A stretch of 20,000 nucleotides of DNA, taken from positions 117,035-137,034 of the IMG/VR virus record IMGVR_UViG_3300021599_002910; one strand, written 5' to 3'. Shown in pieces: positions 1-6,914 of the stretch. The notes beneath the pieces are model-generated. The model was given only the letters and a program-made list of their open reading frames with translations, was not told the DNA's origin and did no database searches. Within the stretch, counting starts at the first letter, position 1; the number at the start of each line of letters is the position of its first letter. Origin of the DNA: an uncultured virus (IMG/VR IMGVR_UViG_3300021599_002910). Its lineage: Duplodnaviria > Heunggongvirae > Uroviricota > Caudoviricetes. The position numbers and the translations under genes are program-made.

Positions 1-2
1 AC

Positions 3-770
3 GGGTATGGTCCTTGGTACAATTTCGATTCAGATAATAAAGAACTTTTACAAAGAATATCCAAACTTATATATAGTAAAAAATTTGACTACGAGGATGA
101 AGAAGACAGAGCTGGTTTTGCAGTGTTTTTAGAAAAGTATTATCCCCGAGAGATTGGCTCAATAGTGATTGATTGGACCCACGAAAAAAATATTGAAATA
201 AGACACGTTGCATCTGAACATGTAAATTCGGAATTGAATAATTTTTTAGGGGATTTTGGTTTTCAGAGACATGGAGATGGAATCAAAACAACTGTGGGTG
301 ATTTAATATCAAATTTCATTCAATATAATGTTCCACACGTGTCAATCAAAAAATTACTGAAAACTATATTCCAAGATTCCAATAGAACAATTGGTGGATG
401 GGATGAAGATAGGTTTGAATATCAAGATGATGATGTATTCGACAATGAAAGTTTTAATAAAGAAGCAAATAGGTCGTTGGAAAAAATTTTGGAGAGAATT
501 GAAGAAGATTATGAATCAGGTGATTCTAACACCTTTATGGATATGATTGATAGGGTTACAAAAAAACATAAAATCGGTATATGGTATGAAATACCAAAAG
601 GGTCGGATTTAATTTTTAGAATCGATGGTTTTGATAGGGAAACAAAAAAAATTGACATATCTTTGAAAAAGAAGAAAGGGATGTCGGGTATAAATAAATT
701 CAAAATTTCTGAAGACGGTTTCAACAAATTACTTTATCAACCAGAATTATTTAATTTGGTTGAATTGTAA
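3..770 (+). CDS. Hypothetical phage protein, 5'-truncated by the window edge
   Basis: The frame of ORF 123..770 stays open back to nt 3 (GYGPWYNFDSDNKELLQ...), so the true start lies upstream of the window. No motif recognised. Confidence 0.8.
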   Translation, partial: GYGPWYNFDSDNKELLQRISKLIYSKKFDYEDEEDRAGFAVFLEKYYPREIGSIVIDWTHEKNIEIRHVASEHVNSELNNFLGDFGFQRHGDGIKTTVGDLISNFIQYNVPHVSIKKLLKTIFQDSNRTIGGWDEDRFEYQDDDVFDNESFNKEANRSLEKILERIEEDYESGDSNTFMDMIDRVTKKHKIGIWYEIPKGSDLIFRIDGFDRETKKIDISLKKKKGMSGINKFKISEDGFNKLLYQPELFNLVEL

Positions 771-786
771 TTTTGTCATATATTTG
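755..786 (+). promoter_or_regulatory. Bacteroidota housekeeping-sigma promoter (-33/-7)
   Basis: TTTG (755-758), a 20-nt spacer and TATATTTG (779-786) match the TTTG-N19-21-TAnnTTTG consensus. The site ends 4 nt before the ATG at 791. Confidence 0.65.
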
Positions 787-790
787 CAGT

Positions 791-1636
791 ATGACAAAAA
801 GTTTAGAGTTACTCAAAGAAGTTTTAAGTGTTCCAACACACACATACAAAGAAGATTTAATGGTTCTTTATCTAACCAAATGGTTGGAAGAAAATCAAAT
901 CGAATATTATCTCGATGAAAAAAATAATGTGTATGCAACAAAGAAACCGGTTGGGGATTTACCTGAAGGTTTTTATTTCCCTTGTGTAATATCTCACACA
1001 GACACTGTACACAAACTTGACACGATTAACGTTGTTGAAGAAAATCTTCCAAATGCTCAAGGAGCACTCAAATTATCTTTAAAGGCATATAACGACCAAG
1101 GTAATCCCACTGGTATAGGTGGAGATGATAAATGCGGAGTGTTTGCATGTCTTACATTACTCAAAGAACTTCCATATTTGAAAGCAGCGTTTTTCGTTTC
1201 TGAAGAAACAGGTTGTCACGGTTCAAGAAACGCAGACCCTGAATTTTTCGAAAATGTTGGATATGGAATTCAGTTTGACGCACCTGAAAACTGGATGATT
1301 ACTGAAAAATGTTTCGGTCAAATTCTATTCGATAGAGATACGGACTTTTTTAAGGCGTGTGACAAAGTACTAACTGAAGGTATGGTCCCAACGGATATGG
1401 AATATATGGTCCATCCATATACAGATGTTTATGCCTTGAGAGGAAAGTTTGATTTTTCTTGTATTAATTTCTCAATAGGGTACTATGATTACCACACAAA
1501 AAATGAATACGTTGTTGTGGAAGATGTTTACAATGGAATCGATATGGGAAGAAAAATGATTGAAGAACTTGGGTACAAACTACATTTTAAAAAGGCTAAG
1601 GAATATAGTTACAACCAAAACCCTTATAAGGTTTAG
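791..1636 (+). CDS. M20/M28-clan zinc peptidase/hydrolase
   Basis: Motifs SHTDTVH, GGDDKCG, EETGCHGS, QFD, YTD and YHTKNEY. ATG 791 is preferred over TTG 773, which lies inside the promoter. Confidence 0.85.
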   Translation: MTKSLELLKEVLSVPTHTYKEDLMVLYLTKWLEENQIEYYLDEKNNVYATKKPVGDLPEGFYFPCVISHTDTVHKLDTINVVEENLPNAQGALKLSLKAYNDQGNPTGIGGDDKCGVFACLTLLKELPYLKAAFFVSEETGCHGSRNADPEFFENVGYGIQFDAPENWMITEKCFGQILFDRDTDFFKACDKVLTEGMVPTDMEYMVHPYTDVYALRGKFDFSCINFSIGYYDYHTKNEYVVVEDVYNGIDMGRKMIEELGYKLHFKKAKEYSYNQNPYKV

Positions 1637-2241
1637 ATAAAGTTTTCTAATCTTTCAATATGTGTTTTAACCATCGGGTGGTCTTGAATATCATTAAATT
1701 CACCACCCGATTTTTTTATATGTCGAATTGTGTCTACAATTGACCTGAGGGACATCTGAACACTTTTTGACATCGATGGATATTGTTCGATATAGTGTGA
1801 TAAATTGAACTGCCCTTTGGCAAACCAAATGGGTATTTCTAATTTAATAACTAATTTGGCAATCATATTTTTTGCAAACTGGTCTGCATCCAGTTCCATT
1901 TCCCAGTATTGATTATATAGTTTTTCAAAATCCTCCAAATCATAATCGGTTAAGGGATTATCCATCTTAATATCTCGGATTTGTTTTTCGTGACGTATTT
2001 CGTGAAATATGGTATAAAGAAAATCACCAATTGTTCTCATGTTCATTGGCGAACAAATGATTACTTGTTCTTTGGTTCTTACCCCACTGAAACCGGTTCC
2101 ACATGAATTCAAAAACTTGATTGTGATTTTGTTTTTATTAATATAATCAACAACAAATTTTTCGATAATGTCAACTTTTGATTTAAATTCATCAGGAAAC
2201 TGTTCTTTGAACTGACCTAATAATCTTGAAAAATTACTCAT
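1633..2241 (-). CDS. Putative zincin metallopeptidase-like protein (HExxH)
   Basis: TIFHEIRHEKQ followed by WEMELDADQFA (downstream Glu ligand, ExxAD pattern). Confidence 0.6.
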   Translation of the reverse strand: MSNFSRLLGQFKEQFPDEFKSKVDIIEKFVVDYINKNKITIKFLNSCGTGFSGVRTKEQVIICSPMNMRTIGDFLYTIFHEIRHEKQIRDIKMDNPLTDYDLEDFEKLYNQYWEMELDADQFAKNMIAKLVIKLEIPIWFAKGQFNLSHYIEQYPSMSKSVQMSLRSIVDTIRHIKKSGGEFNDIQDHPMVKTHIERLENFI

Positions 2242-2245
2242 ACTT

Positions 2246-2252
2246 ATAAATA
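2246..2252 (-). promoter_or_regulatory. Putative late-promoter motif TATTTAT
   Basis: ATAAATA on the + strand, 4 nt upstream of the minus-strand ATG at 2241 and immediately after a terminator. Confidence 0.55.
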
Positions 2253-2253
2253 C

Positions 2254-2279
2254 AAAAAAAGGGGGAATATCCCCCTTTT
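2254..2279 (-). terminator. Intrinsic terminator of clpC (possibly bidirectional)
   Basis: AAAAAAAGGGGGA-ATA-TCCCCCTTTT hairpin with a U7 tail on the minus strand, right after the clpC stop. Confidence 0.85.
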
Positions 2280-2282
2280 CTA

Positions 2283-4298
2283 TTATCTTCCTTTCTTAAC
2301 AACCTTAACAGTATCTTCTTCTACTTTGACAATATAGTTTTTTCCTTCTACTAATTTGTCGGTCAAAACTTCTTCTGAAATCAAATCCTCGACTTTATCT
2401 TGGATTGCTCGTTTGAGAGGTCTTGCACCATATAGTTCATCGAATCCAACTTTTGCGAGATGTTCAGTCAAGGTCTCATCGTATGTGATTTTATAATTCA
2501 TTTCGTTGAGACGTGAGATTAACTTATCAAGTTCAATCTTAGTGATTTTTTTAATATCATCTTGACTAAGAGAGTTGAATACAATTGTATCGTCAATACG
2601 ATTCAAAAACTCAGGAGAGAAGAAATTTTTCATTTCCTTCATCAATACTTGTTTCTTGGCCTCTTCATTACTATAAGTGCTAGAACCAAACCCAATACCT
2701 GTTCCAAAATCTTGTAATTTCTTTACACCGAGGTTTGATGTCAAAATAATCAAGGTATTTTTGAAATTGATTTTACGACCTAAGCTGTCAGTTACATGTC
2801 CATCATCTAAAATTTGAAGAAGAATTGTGAACACATCTTTGTGCGCCTTTTCAACTTCGTCGAAAAGAATAACTGAGTATGGTTTATTTTTTACCTTTTC
2901 AGTCAACTGTCCACCTTCTTCGTAACCTACGTAACCTGGAGGAGCACCTACTAATTTAGATACGGTATGTTTTTCTTGATATTCACTCATATCAACTCTG
3001 ATTAGGGAGTCTTCACTTCCAAACATTTCTTTTGCCAATTGTTTAGCTAAGTGAGTTTTACCCACACCTGTCGAACCCAAGAAAACAAATGAACCGATGG
3101 GACGATTTGGGTCTTTGATACCAAGTCTGTTTCTTTTGATTGCCTTAGCAATTTTCCTAACAGCATCGTCTTGTCCAATGACTTTACCTATTAATTCCTT
3201 ATCCAAATTGACAAGAGCTTTAGTGTCATCAACACTCATTTTATTCACAGGGATTTTGGTCATAGAAGAAACCACATCATACACATCCTCAACGGAAATT
3301 TGTTGTTTGTTGTTAATCATTTCTTCTTCGAATTTCTTCTTCTCAGTATCCAATTTGTCCAACAATTTCTTTTCCTTATCGCGTAACTGTGCCGCTTGTT
3401 CGTAGTTCTGTTTTTTTACTACATCAACTTTTAACTGACGTATTTCAGCCGCCTTCTTTTTCAATTCTTCGATTGATTCAGGGACCTTGAGTTCTGTCTG
3501 CATTCTTGCACCTACTTCATCCAAGATGTCGAATGCTTTATCAGGGAATTCACGGTCGGTGATGTATCGGTCTGCAAGTTTAACACATGATTCGATGACC
3601 TCATCCGAATATGAAACCTTGTGATAACTTTCATATTTCTCACGGATGTTTTTGAGAATTTGGATTGTTTCAACAACTGTTGATGGGTCAACAACAACTT
3701 TTTGGAATCTACGCTCTAGTGCCCCGTCTTTTTCTATATTCTTTCGGAATTCATCGAGGGTTGTAGCACCGATAATTTGAATCTCACCGCGTGAAAGAGC
3801 GGGTTTGAAAATATTGGAACCATCCATAGACCCCGCCGAGTTACCAGAACCAACCAATGTGTGTACTTCATCAATGAATACAACAACGTTCGGATTGGAT
3901 TGTAGTTCTTCGATGATAACTTTCATTCTTTCCTCAAATTGGCCGCGATATTTTGTTCCTGCGACAACAGAGGTAAGGTCTAAGTTTACGATACGTTTGT
4001 CAACTAAGTTACGGGGACAATCACCACTTACAATTTTCATTGCCAGTCCCTCAACAATTGCGGTTTTACCACAACCTGGTTCTCCGATAATAATTGGATT
4101 GTTCTTTTTTCTTCTTGAAAGAATTTGTGCAATTCTCAAGATTTCTCTGTCGCGACCTATAACTGGGTCCAACTTACCTTGTTCTGCGAGCTTATTTAAG
4201 TCTCGACTAAAATTATCCAACACAGGGGTTGGACTGTCTGATGATTGTTTTTGTTTCTTGCTCATCATTTTTTCGTCGTCATCCATTAAATCATTCAT
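2283..4298 (-). CDS. clpC: ClpC-type AAA+ Clp ATPase lacking the N-terminal Clp-repeat domain
   Basis: Two nucleotide-binding domains (GEPGCGKT...FIDEVH; GSTGVGKT...FDEVEKAH), pore loops KYRG and GYVG, UVR coiled coil (KQNYEQAAQLRDKEKKL), GIGF ClpP-docking loop, sensor-2 GARPL. Confidence 0.93.
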   Translation of the reverse strand: MNDLMDDDEKMMSKKQKQSSDSPTPVLDNFSRDLNKLAEQGKLDPVIGRDREILRIAQILSRRKKNNPIIIGEPGCGKTAIVEGLAMKIVSGDCPRNLVDKRIVNLDLTSVVAGTKYRGQFEERMKVIIEELQSNPNVVVFIDEVHTLVGSGNSAGSMDGSNIFKPALSRGEIQIIGATTLDEFRKNIEKDGALERRFQKVVVDPSTVVETIQILKNIREKYESYHKVSYSDEVIESCVKLADRYITDREFPDKAFDILDEVGARMQTELKVPESIEELKKKAAEIRQLKVDVVKKQNYEQAAQLRDKEKKLLDKLDTEKKKFEEEMINNKQQISVEDVYDVVSSMTKIPVNKMSVDDTKALVNLDKELIGKVIGQDDAVRKIAKAIKRNRLGIKDPNRPIGSFVFLGSTGVGKTHLAKQLAKEMFGSEDSLIRVDMSEYQEKHTVSKLVGAPPGYVGYEEGGQLTEKVKNKPYSVILFDEVEKAHKDVFTILLQILDDGHVTDSLGRKINFKNTLIILTSNLGVKKLQDFGTGIGFGSSTYSNEEAKKQVLMKEMKNFFSPEFLNRIDDTIVFNSLSQDDIKKITKIELDKLISRLNEMNYKITYDETLTEHLAKVGFDELYGARPLKRAIQDKVEDLISEEVLTDKLVEGKNYIVKVEEDTVKVVKKGR

Positions 4299-4312
4299 AG
4301 TAGATATTTTTA

Positions 4313-4344
4313 CAAATTAACATCAAATTTGAGACACAAACAAA
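4313..4344 (-). promoter_or_regulatory. Possible Bacteroidota-type promoter for clpC
   Basis: The minus strand reads TTTG-N20-TTAATTTG, one mismatch to TAnnTTTG, ending 14 nt before the clpC ATG. Confidence 0.4.
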
Positions 4345-4349
4345 TGTTT

Positions 4350-4423
4350 TGACAAATTGACAGGATTTATTTTTTTTATTGACACTTTGTCATATTATCT
4401 ATAATTCCACTTACAAATTGTCA
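4350..4423. promoter_or_regulatory. Three phased TGACA-N3-TGTCA boxes (putative operator or upstream activator sites)
   Basis: TGACAaatTGACA (4350-4362), TGACActtTGTCA (4380-4392, perfect) and TTACAaatTGTCA (4411-4423). Starts are 30 and 31 bp apart. Confidence 0.65.
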
Positions 4424-4435
4424 TTTGTGGTGGTT

Positions 4436-4450
4436 TGGTATCAAAGTTGA
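4436..4450 (+). promoter_or_regulatory. Sigma54-like -24/-12 promoter for hsp20
   Basis: TGGTATCAAAGTTGA compared with the consensus TGGCAC-N5-TTGC. GG-N10-GA spacing is exact, with A in place of the -12 C. Confidence 0.45.
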
Positions 4451-4496
4451 CTACTCAAAAATAAATAATAAATTTATAAAACAAAAATTAAAAATT

Positions 4497-4895
4497 ATGT
4501 ATTACTCAAATTTCTCAAATTTTGAAGACCTTATGGATTCATTCTTTAACAACAAAAGGGGAAATTACAATTTCACCACCTCAGTGTTAAAAAATAATTC
4601 TGAAGAAAATTATGAAATAAACCACACCAAAGACGGTGCTTATCTTTTTTTCGAAGCACCAGGATTCAACAAAACAAATTTGAAAGTAGAAATGGAAGAT
4701 GGTGTTTTACATATTGACGGAATGAGAAACTATAAACTGAATGGTGAAGAAAAAACCAAGAAAATTTCTAAGGAATTTAAAATTGGTGAAGGTTACAATC
4801 CTTCATCAATCGAAGCAACAATTGAAGACGGCATGTTAACAGTTTTTGTTCCCAATTATATAAAACAAGAAAAGAAAAGAATTAGTATTCTATAG
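4497..4895 (+). CDS. Small heat-shock protein (Hsp20/alpha-crystallin)
   Basis: EAPGFNKTNLKVEMEDGVLHIDG, IEATIEDGMLTVFVP and a C-terminal RISI (IxI) motif. The ATG at 4497 follows an A-rich leader. Confidence 0.88.
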   Translation: MYYSNFSNFEDLMDSFFNNKRGNYNFTTSVLKNNSEENYEINHTKDGAYLFFEAPGFNKTNLKVEMEDGVLHIDGMRNYKLNGEEKTKKISKEFKIGEGYNPSSIEATIEDGMLTVFVPNYIKQEKKRISIL

Positions 4896-4916
4896 GCTCT
4901 GAAAAGGAACATCCAT

Positions 4917-4946
4917 AACCCTCGTTATCAATGGCGGGGGTTTTTT
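4917..4946 (+). terminator. Intrinsic terminator after hsp20
   Basis: AACCCTCGTTAT-CA-ATGGCGGGGGTT followed by a U-run. Three G:U pairs mean the stem forms well only in the + strand RNA. Confidence 0.75.
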
Positions 4947-5526
4947 ATATGTCCAAACATTTCAATTTACCATCCTTACTATAACCAAAATTGTAACGAT
5001 GTGCATCAACAAGTGTCTCATGACCAACAATTTTTTCAATAGCTCTTTCACAATCTTTGAAAAGTTTAAAATATTTGATAAAAAGACTATAGGTTTGTTT
5101 GTCGTAATCTCTCAGTTTCTCTGAAATTTCTGTTATTGTTTTTTGGTCATGCCCATGATTGGTGTATATGTCGGTAATATCTCTTCCGTATGAACCATCT
5201 TCAGAATCGATAATTCCAATTTCTTCTAATTTTTCTTCAATTTGTTGCCATTCGTTTAAAACCCTATTTGTTTCCAATTTTTCTATCTCGGCGTAATAAT
5301 TCCATTTATCCAATTTTCCTGTTCTGTAAACTTGTGCAAAAATATCAGGATTTGAACGGAATACTTCGACCCAATATCCTACACCCTCATCTCCCACTTT
5401 GAATAGTCTATCGGGGTTAGATTTGGATGCATATATTCTATGTTCCATACCACGATTGAATTCGTCTTTTTTTTGGGTTCTTACCTCAATTAAAACTTTT
5501 TTTATTATTTTTTCTAAAGATGACAC
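4945..5526 (-). CDS. Minimal protein-kinase-like (PKL-fold) protein
   Basis: FNRGMEHRIY (Gly-loop-like), LFKV (beta3 Lys), VDAHRYNFG (catalytic DxHxxN) and CLDI (metal-binding Asp) at the extreme C-terminus. GTG start. Confidence 0.55.
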   Translation of the reverse strand: MSSLEKIIKKVLIEVRTQKKDEFNRGMEHRIYASKSNPDRLFKVGDEGVGYWVEVFRSNPDIFAQVYRTGKLDKWNYYAEIEKLETNRVLNEWQQIEEKLEEIGIIDSEDGSYGRDITDIYTNHGHDQKTITEISEKLRDYDKQTYSLFIKYFKLFKDCERAIEKIVGHETLVDAHRYNFGYSKDGKLKCLDI

Positions 5527-5533
5527 GATATTA

Positions 5534-5564
5534 GTAAATAGTAATAATCATCAGAACTATTTAA
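5534..5564. promoter_or_regulatory. Divergent pair of TATTTA motifs
   Basis: Minus-strand TATTTAC (5540-5534) lies 7 nt before the kinase GTG. Plus-strand TATTTAA (5558-5564) lies 4 nt before ATG 5569. Both are preceded by AC (ACTATTTA). Confidence 0.5.
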
Positions 5565-5568
5565 CAAT

Positions 5569-5871
5569 ATGGAACTATGGAAAAAATTTGTTGAGGATAA
5601 TTCCTCCTTCCAAGAAATCTTAGAAAAATACTTGGAACTTAGAATTATATTTCAAGAACAAGGTTATTCTGATAAGTCTCTTGAAAGTGTATCGTCTGGT
5701 CCAATCCGAATTTTTGAAATCAGAGCAGAAATATCCATGCTTGCAGACAATCTTCAAAAACAATTAAAAAATTATGGGTTTGATGTTTCTCATGATGATT
5801 TCATACTTTATTTAAAACCTAAATTATCTAAAATTGATTCATTAACCCCACTCGAAAATGGCAATAATTAA
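5569..5871 (+). CDS. Hypothetical protein
   Basis: 100-aa ORF with phage-like composition, overlapping the next start, with a promoter motif upstream. Confidence 0.7.
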   Translation: MELWKKFVEDNSSFQEILEKYLELRIIFQEQGYSDKSLESVSSGPIRIFEIRAEISMLADNLQKQLKNYGFDVSHDDFILYLKPKLSKIDSLTPLENGNN

Positions 5872-6100
5872 AGAAGAAATTAAAGGAACAAAGATTTTGA
5901 ATGAAATAAAATCTTCAAATATCAAAAAAAGCGAATATGATACTGAAACTAAAAAAATGATTGTTGAATTTAACAACGGGTTTCGATATGAATACGATGA
6001 AGTTCCACATCAGATTTACACAAAGTTCAGAAAATCAGAATCACAAGGAAAGTTTTTCACAACTGATATTTCAAAAAAATTCAAATATAAAAAACTATAA
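5858..6100 (+). CDS. KTSC domain protein
   Basis: SSNI...YD...MIVEFNNGFRYEYDEVP...SESQGKFF...I is the KTSC signature. Confidence 0.88.
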   Translation: MAIIKEEIKGTKILNEIKSSNIKKSEYDTETKKMIVEFNNGFRYEYDEVPHQIYTKFRKSESQGKFFTTDISKKFKYKKL

Positions 6101-6109
6101 CACTCTGAC

Positions 6110-6116
6110 TATTTAT
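6110..6116 (+). promoter_or_regulatory. Putative late-promoter motif TATTTAT
   Basis: ACTATTTAT ends 5 nt before ATG 6122. Confidence 0.55.
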
Positions 6117-6121
6117 TTAGG

Positions 6122-6865
6122 ATGAGTAATTTTCAAAAAATTATAAGTAGTTTTTCGGTTCGTGATACTTTGAATCCAAAAATTTGGGAAAATCCAAATG
6201 ACCCAAAGGAGGCAACTTTGAAACCTAAAATCAGAAAAGGGTTAATGAAGATTGCTGAAGAATTTGTGGATGATTTAGGTGATGATGTTTTTGTTGAAGA
6301 CGTGTTTCTAATGGGTTCTTTGGCAAACTACAATTGGTCTGAGTTTTCAGACTTTGATTTACACGTTATTATAGATTTTGAGAGATACGGAAAAGAAAAA
6401 GAACTTTACGTAGAACTATTTGACTTAAAAAAGAAAATATTCAATTCCAAACACAATATCAAAATTTATGGATATGATGTGGAAGTCTATGCGCAGGGTG
6501 AATCTGACGAACACCACAGTGATGGTGTATTTTCAATAATGAATGACGAATGGATTCATAAACCTGAAAAAAAGGAATTGAAGCTTAATATGTCAGTTTT
6601 GAAAAATAAAATCAAATGTTGGACTGAAAAAATTGACGATGCTGTTGAAGACGCTAAATCAACAGGTAAAACTGAAGAGTTGAAAAAATTGAAAGAAAAA
6701 CTCAAAGACTACAGACAATCAGGTTTAAATAAAGACGGTGAATTCTCATATGAAAATTTAGTTTTCAAATTTTTGAGAAGGTCAGGACACATTGGAAAAT
6801 TATTCGATGAAAAAACGAAAATCAAAGACAAAGAACTTTCAATTGAAATTAAGTCTCTTGATTGA
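6122..6865 (+). CDS. DNA polymerase beta-superfamily nucleotidyltransferase
   Basis: LMGSLANYNWSEFSDFDLHVII (hGS-x9-DxD), a third acidic residue in DVEVY, and a helical C-terminus (YRQSGL...GEFSYENLVFKFLRR). Confidence 0.8.
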   Translation: MSNFQKIISSFSVRDTLNPKIWENPNDPKEATLKPKIRKGLMKIAEEFVDDLGDDVFVEDVFLMGSLANYNWSEFSDFDLHVIIDFERYGKEKELYVELFDLKKKIFNSKHNIKIYGYDVEVYAQGESDEHHSDGVFSIMNDEWIHKPEKKELKLNMSVLKNKIKCWTEKIDDAVEDAKSTGKTEELKKLKEKLKDYRQSGLNKDGEFSYENLVFKFLRRSGHIGKLFDEKTKIKDKELSIEIKSLD

Positions 6866-6893
6866 TAATAATTAGTTATTTTATATAAATCGT

Positions 6894-6909
6894 ATATTTA
6901 TAAAGAAAA
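6894..6909 (+). promoter_or_regulatory. Putative late promoter ATATTTATAAAGAAAA
   Basis: TATTTAT at 6895-6901, 13 nt before ATG 6915. The same 16-mer occurs at 17935-17950. Confidence 0.6.
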
Positions 6910-6914
6910 ATTAG

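Noticed and set aside
689..696. Exact T4 late promoter TATAAATA on the + strand
   Set aside because: It is a single intragenic match about 95 nt from the next start in AT-rich DNA, and structural genes here use the opposite orientation.
3097..4320. Plus-strand ORFs 3097..3405 and 3805..4320, and nested minus-strand ORF 3512..3697
   Set aside because: They are antisense or out-of-frame shadows of clpC with no motifs of their own.
4349..4404. TTGACA hexamers as sigma70 -35 elements with TATAAT at 4400-4405
   Set aside because: TTGACA 4379-4384 to TATAAT is only 15 bp, and the hexamers are better explained as halves of the three phased palindromes. Not fully excluded.
4425..4496. Longer hsp20 start at TTG 4425 (and TTG 773 for the peptidase)
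   Set aside because: The extensions overlap putative promoter elements, and ATG 4497 and ATG 791 give typical protein starts.
1634..4895. Possible stop-codon reassignment (TAG or TGA), as seen in some large phages
   Set aside because: All core genes are full-length in code 11. TAG ends hsp20 right after its IxI motif and before a terminator, and ends the peptidase where the convergent gene ends.
6122..6865. Calling the nucleotidyltransferase a CBASS cyclase or an MNT-HEPN antitoxin
   Set aside because: No effector (Cap, patatin, TIR, transmembrane) or HEPN RxxxxH partner is adjacent, so only the superfamily motif is supported.
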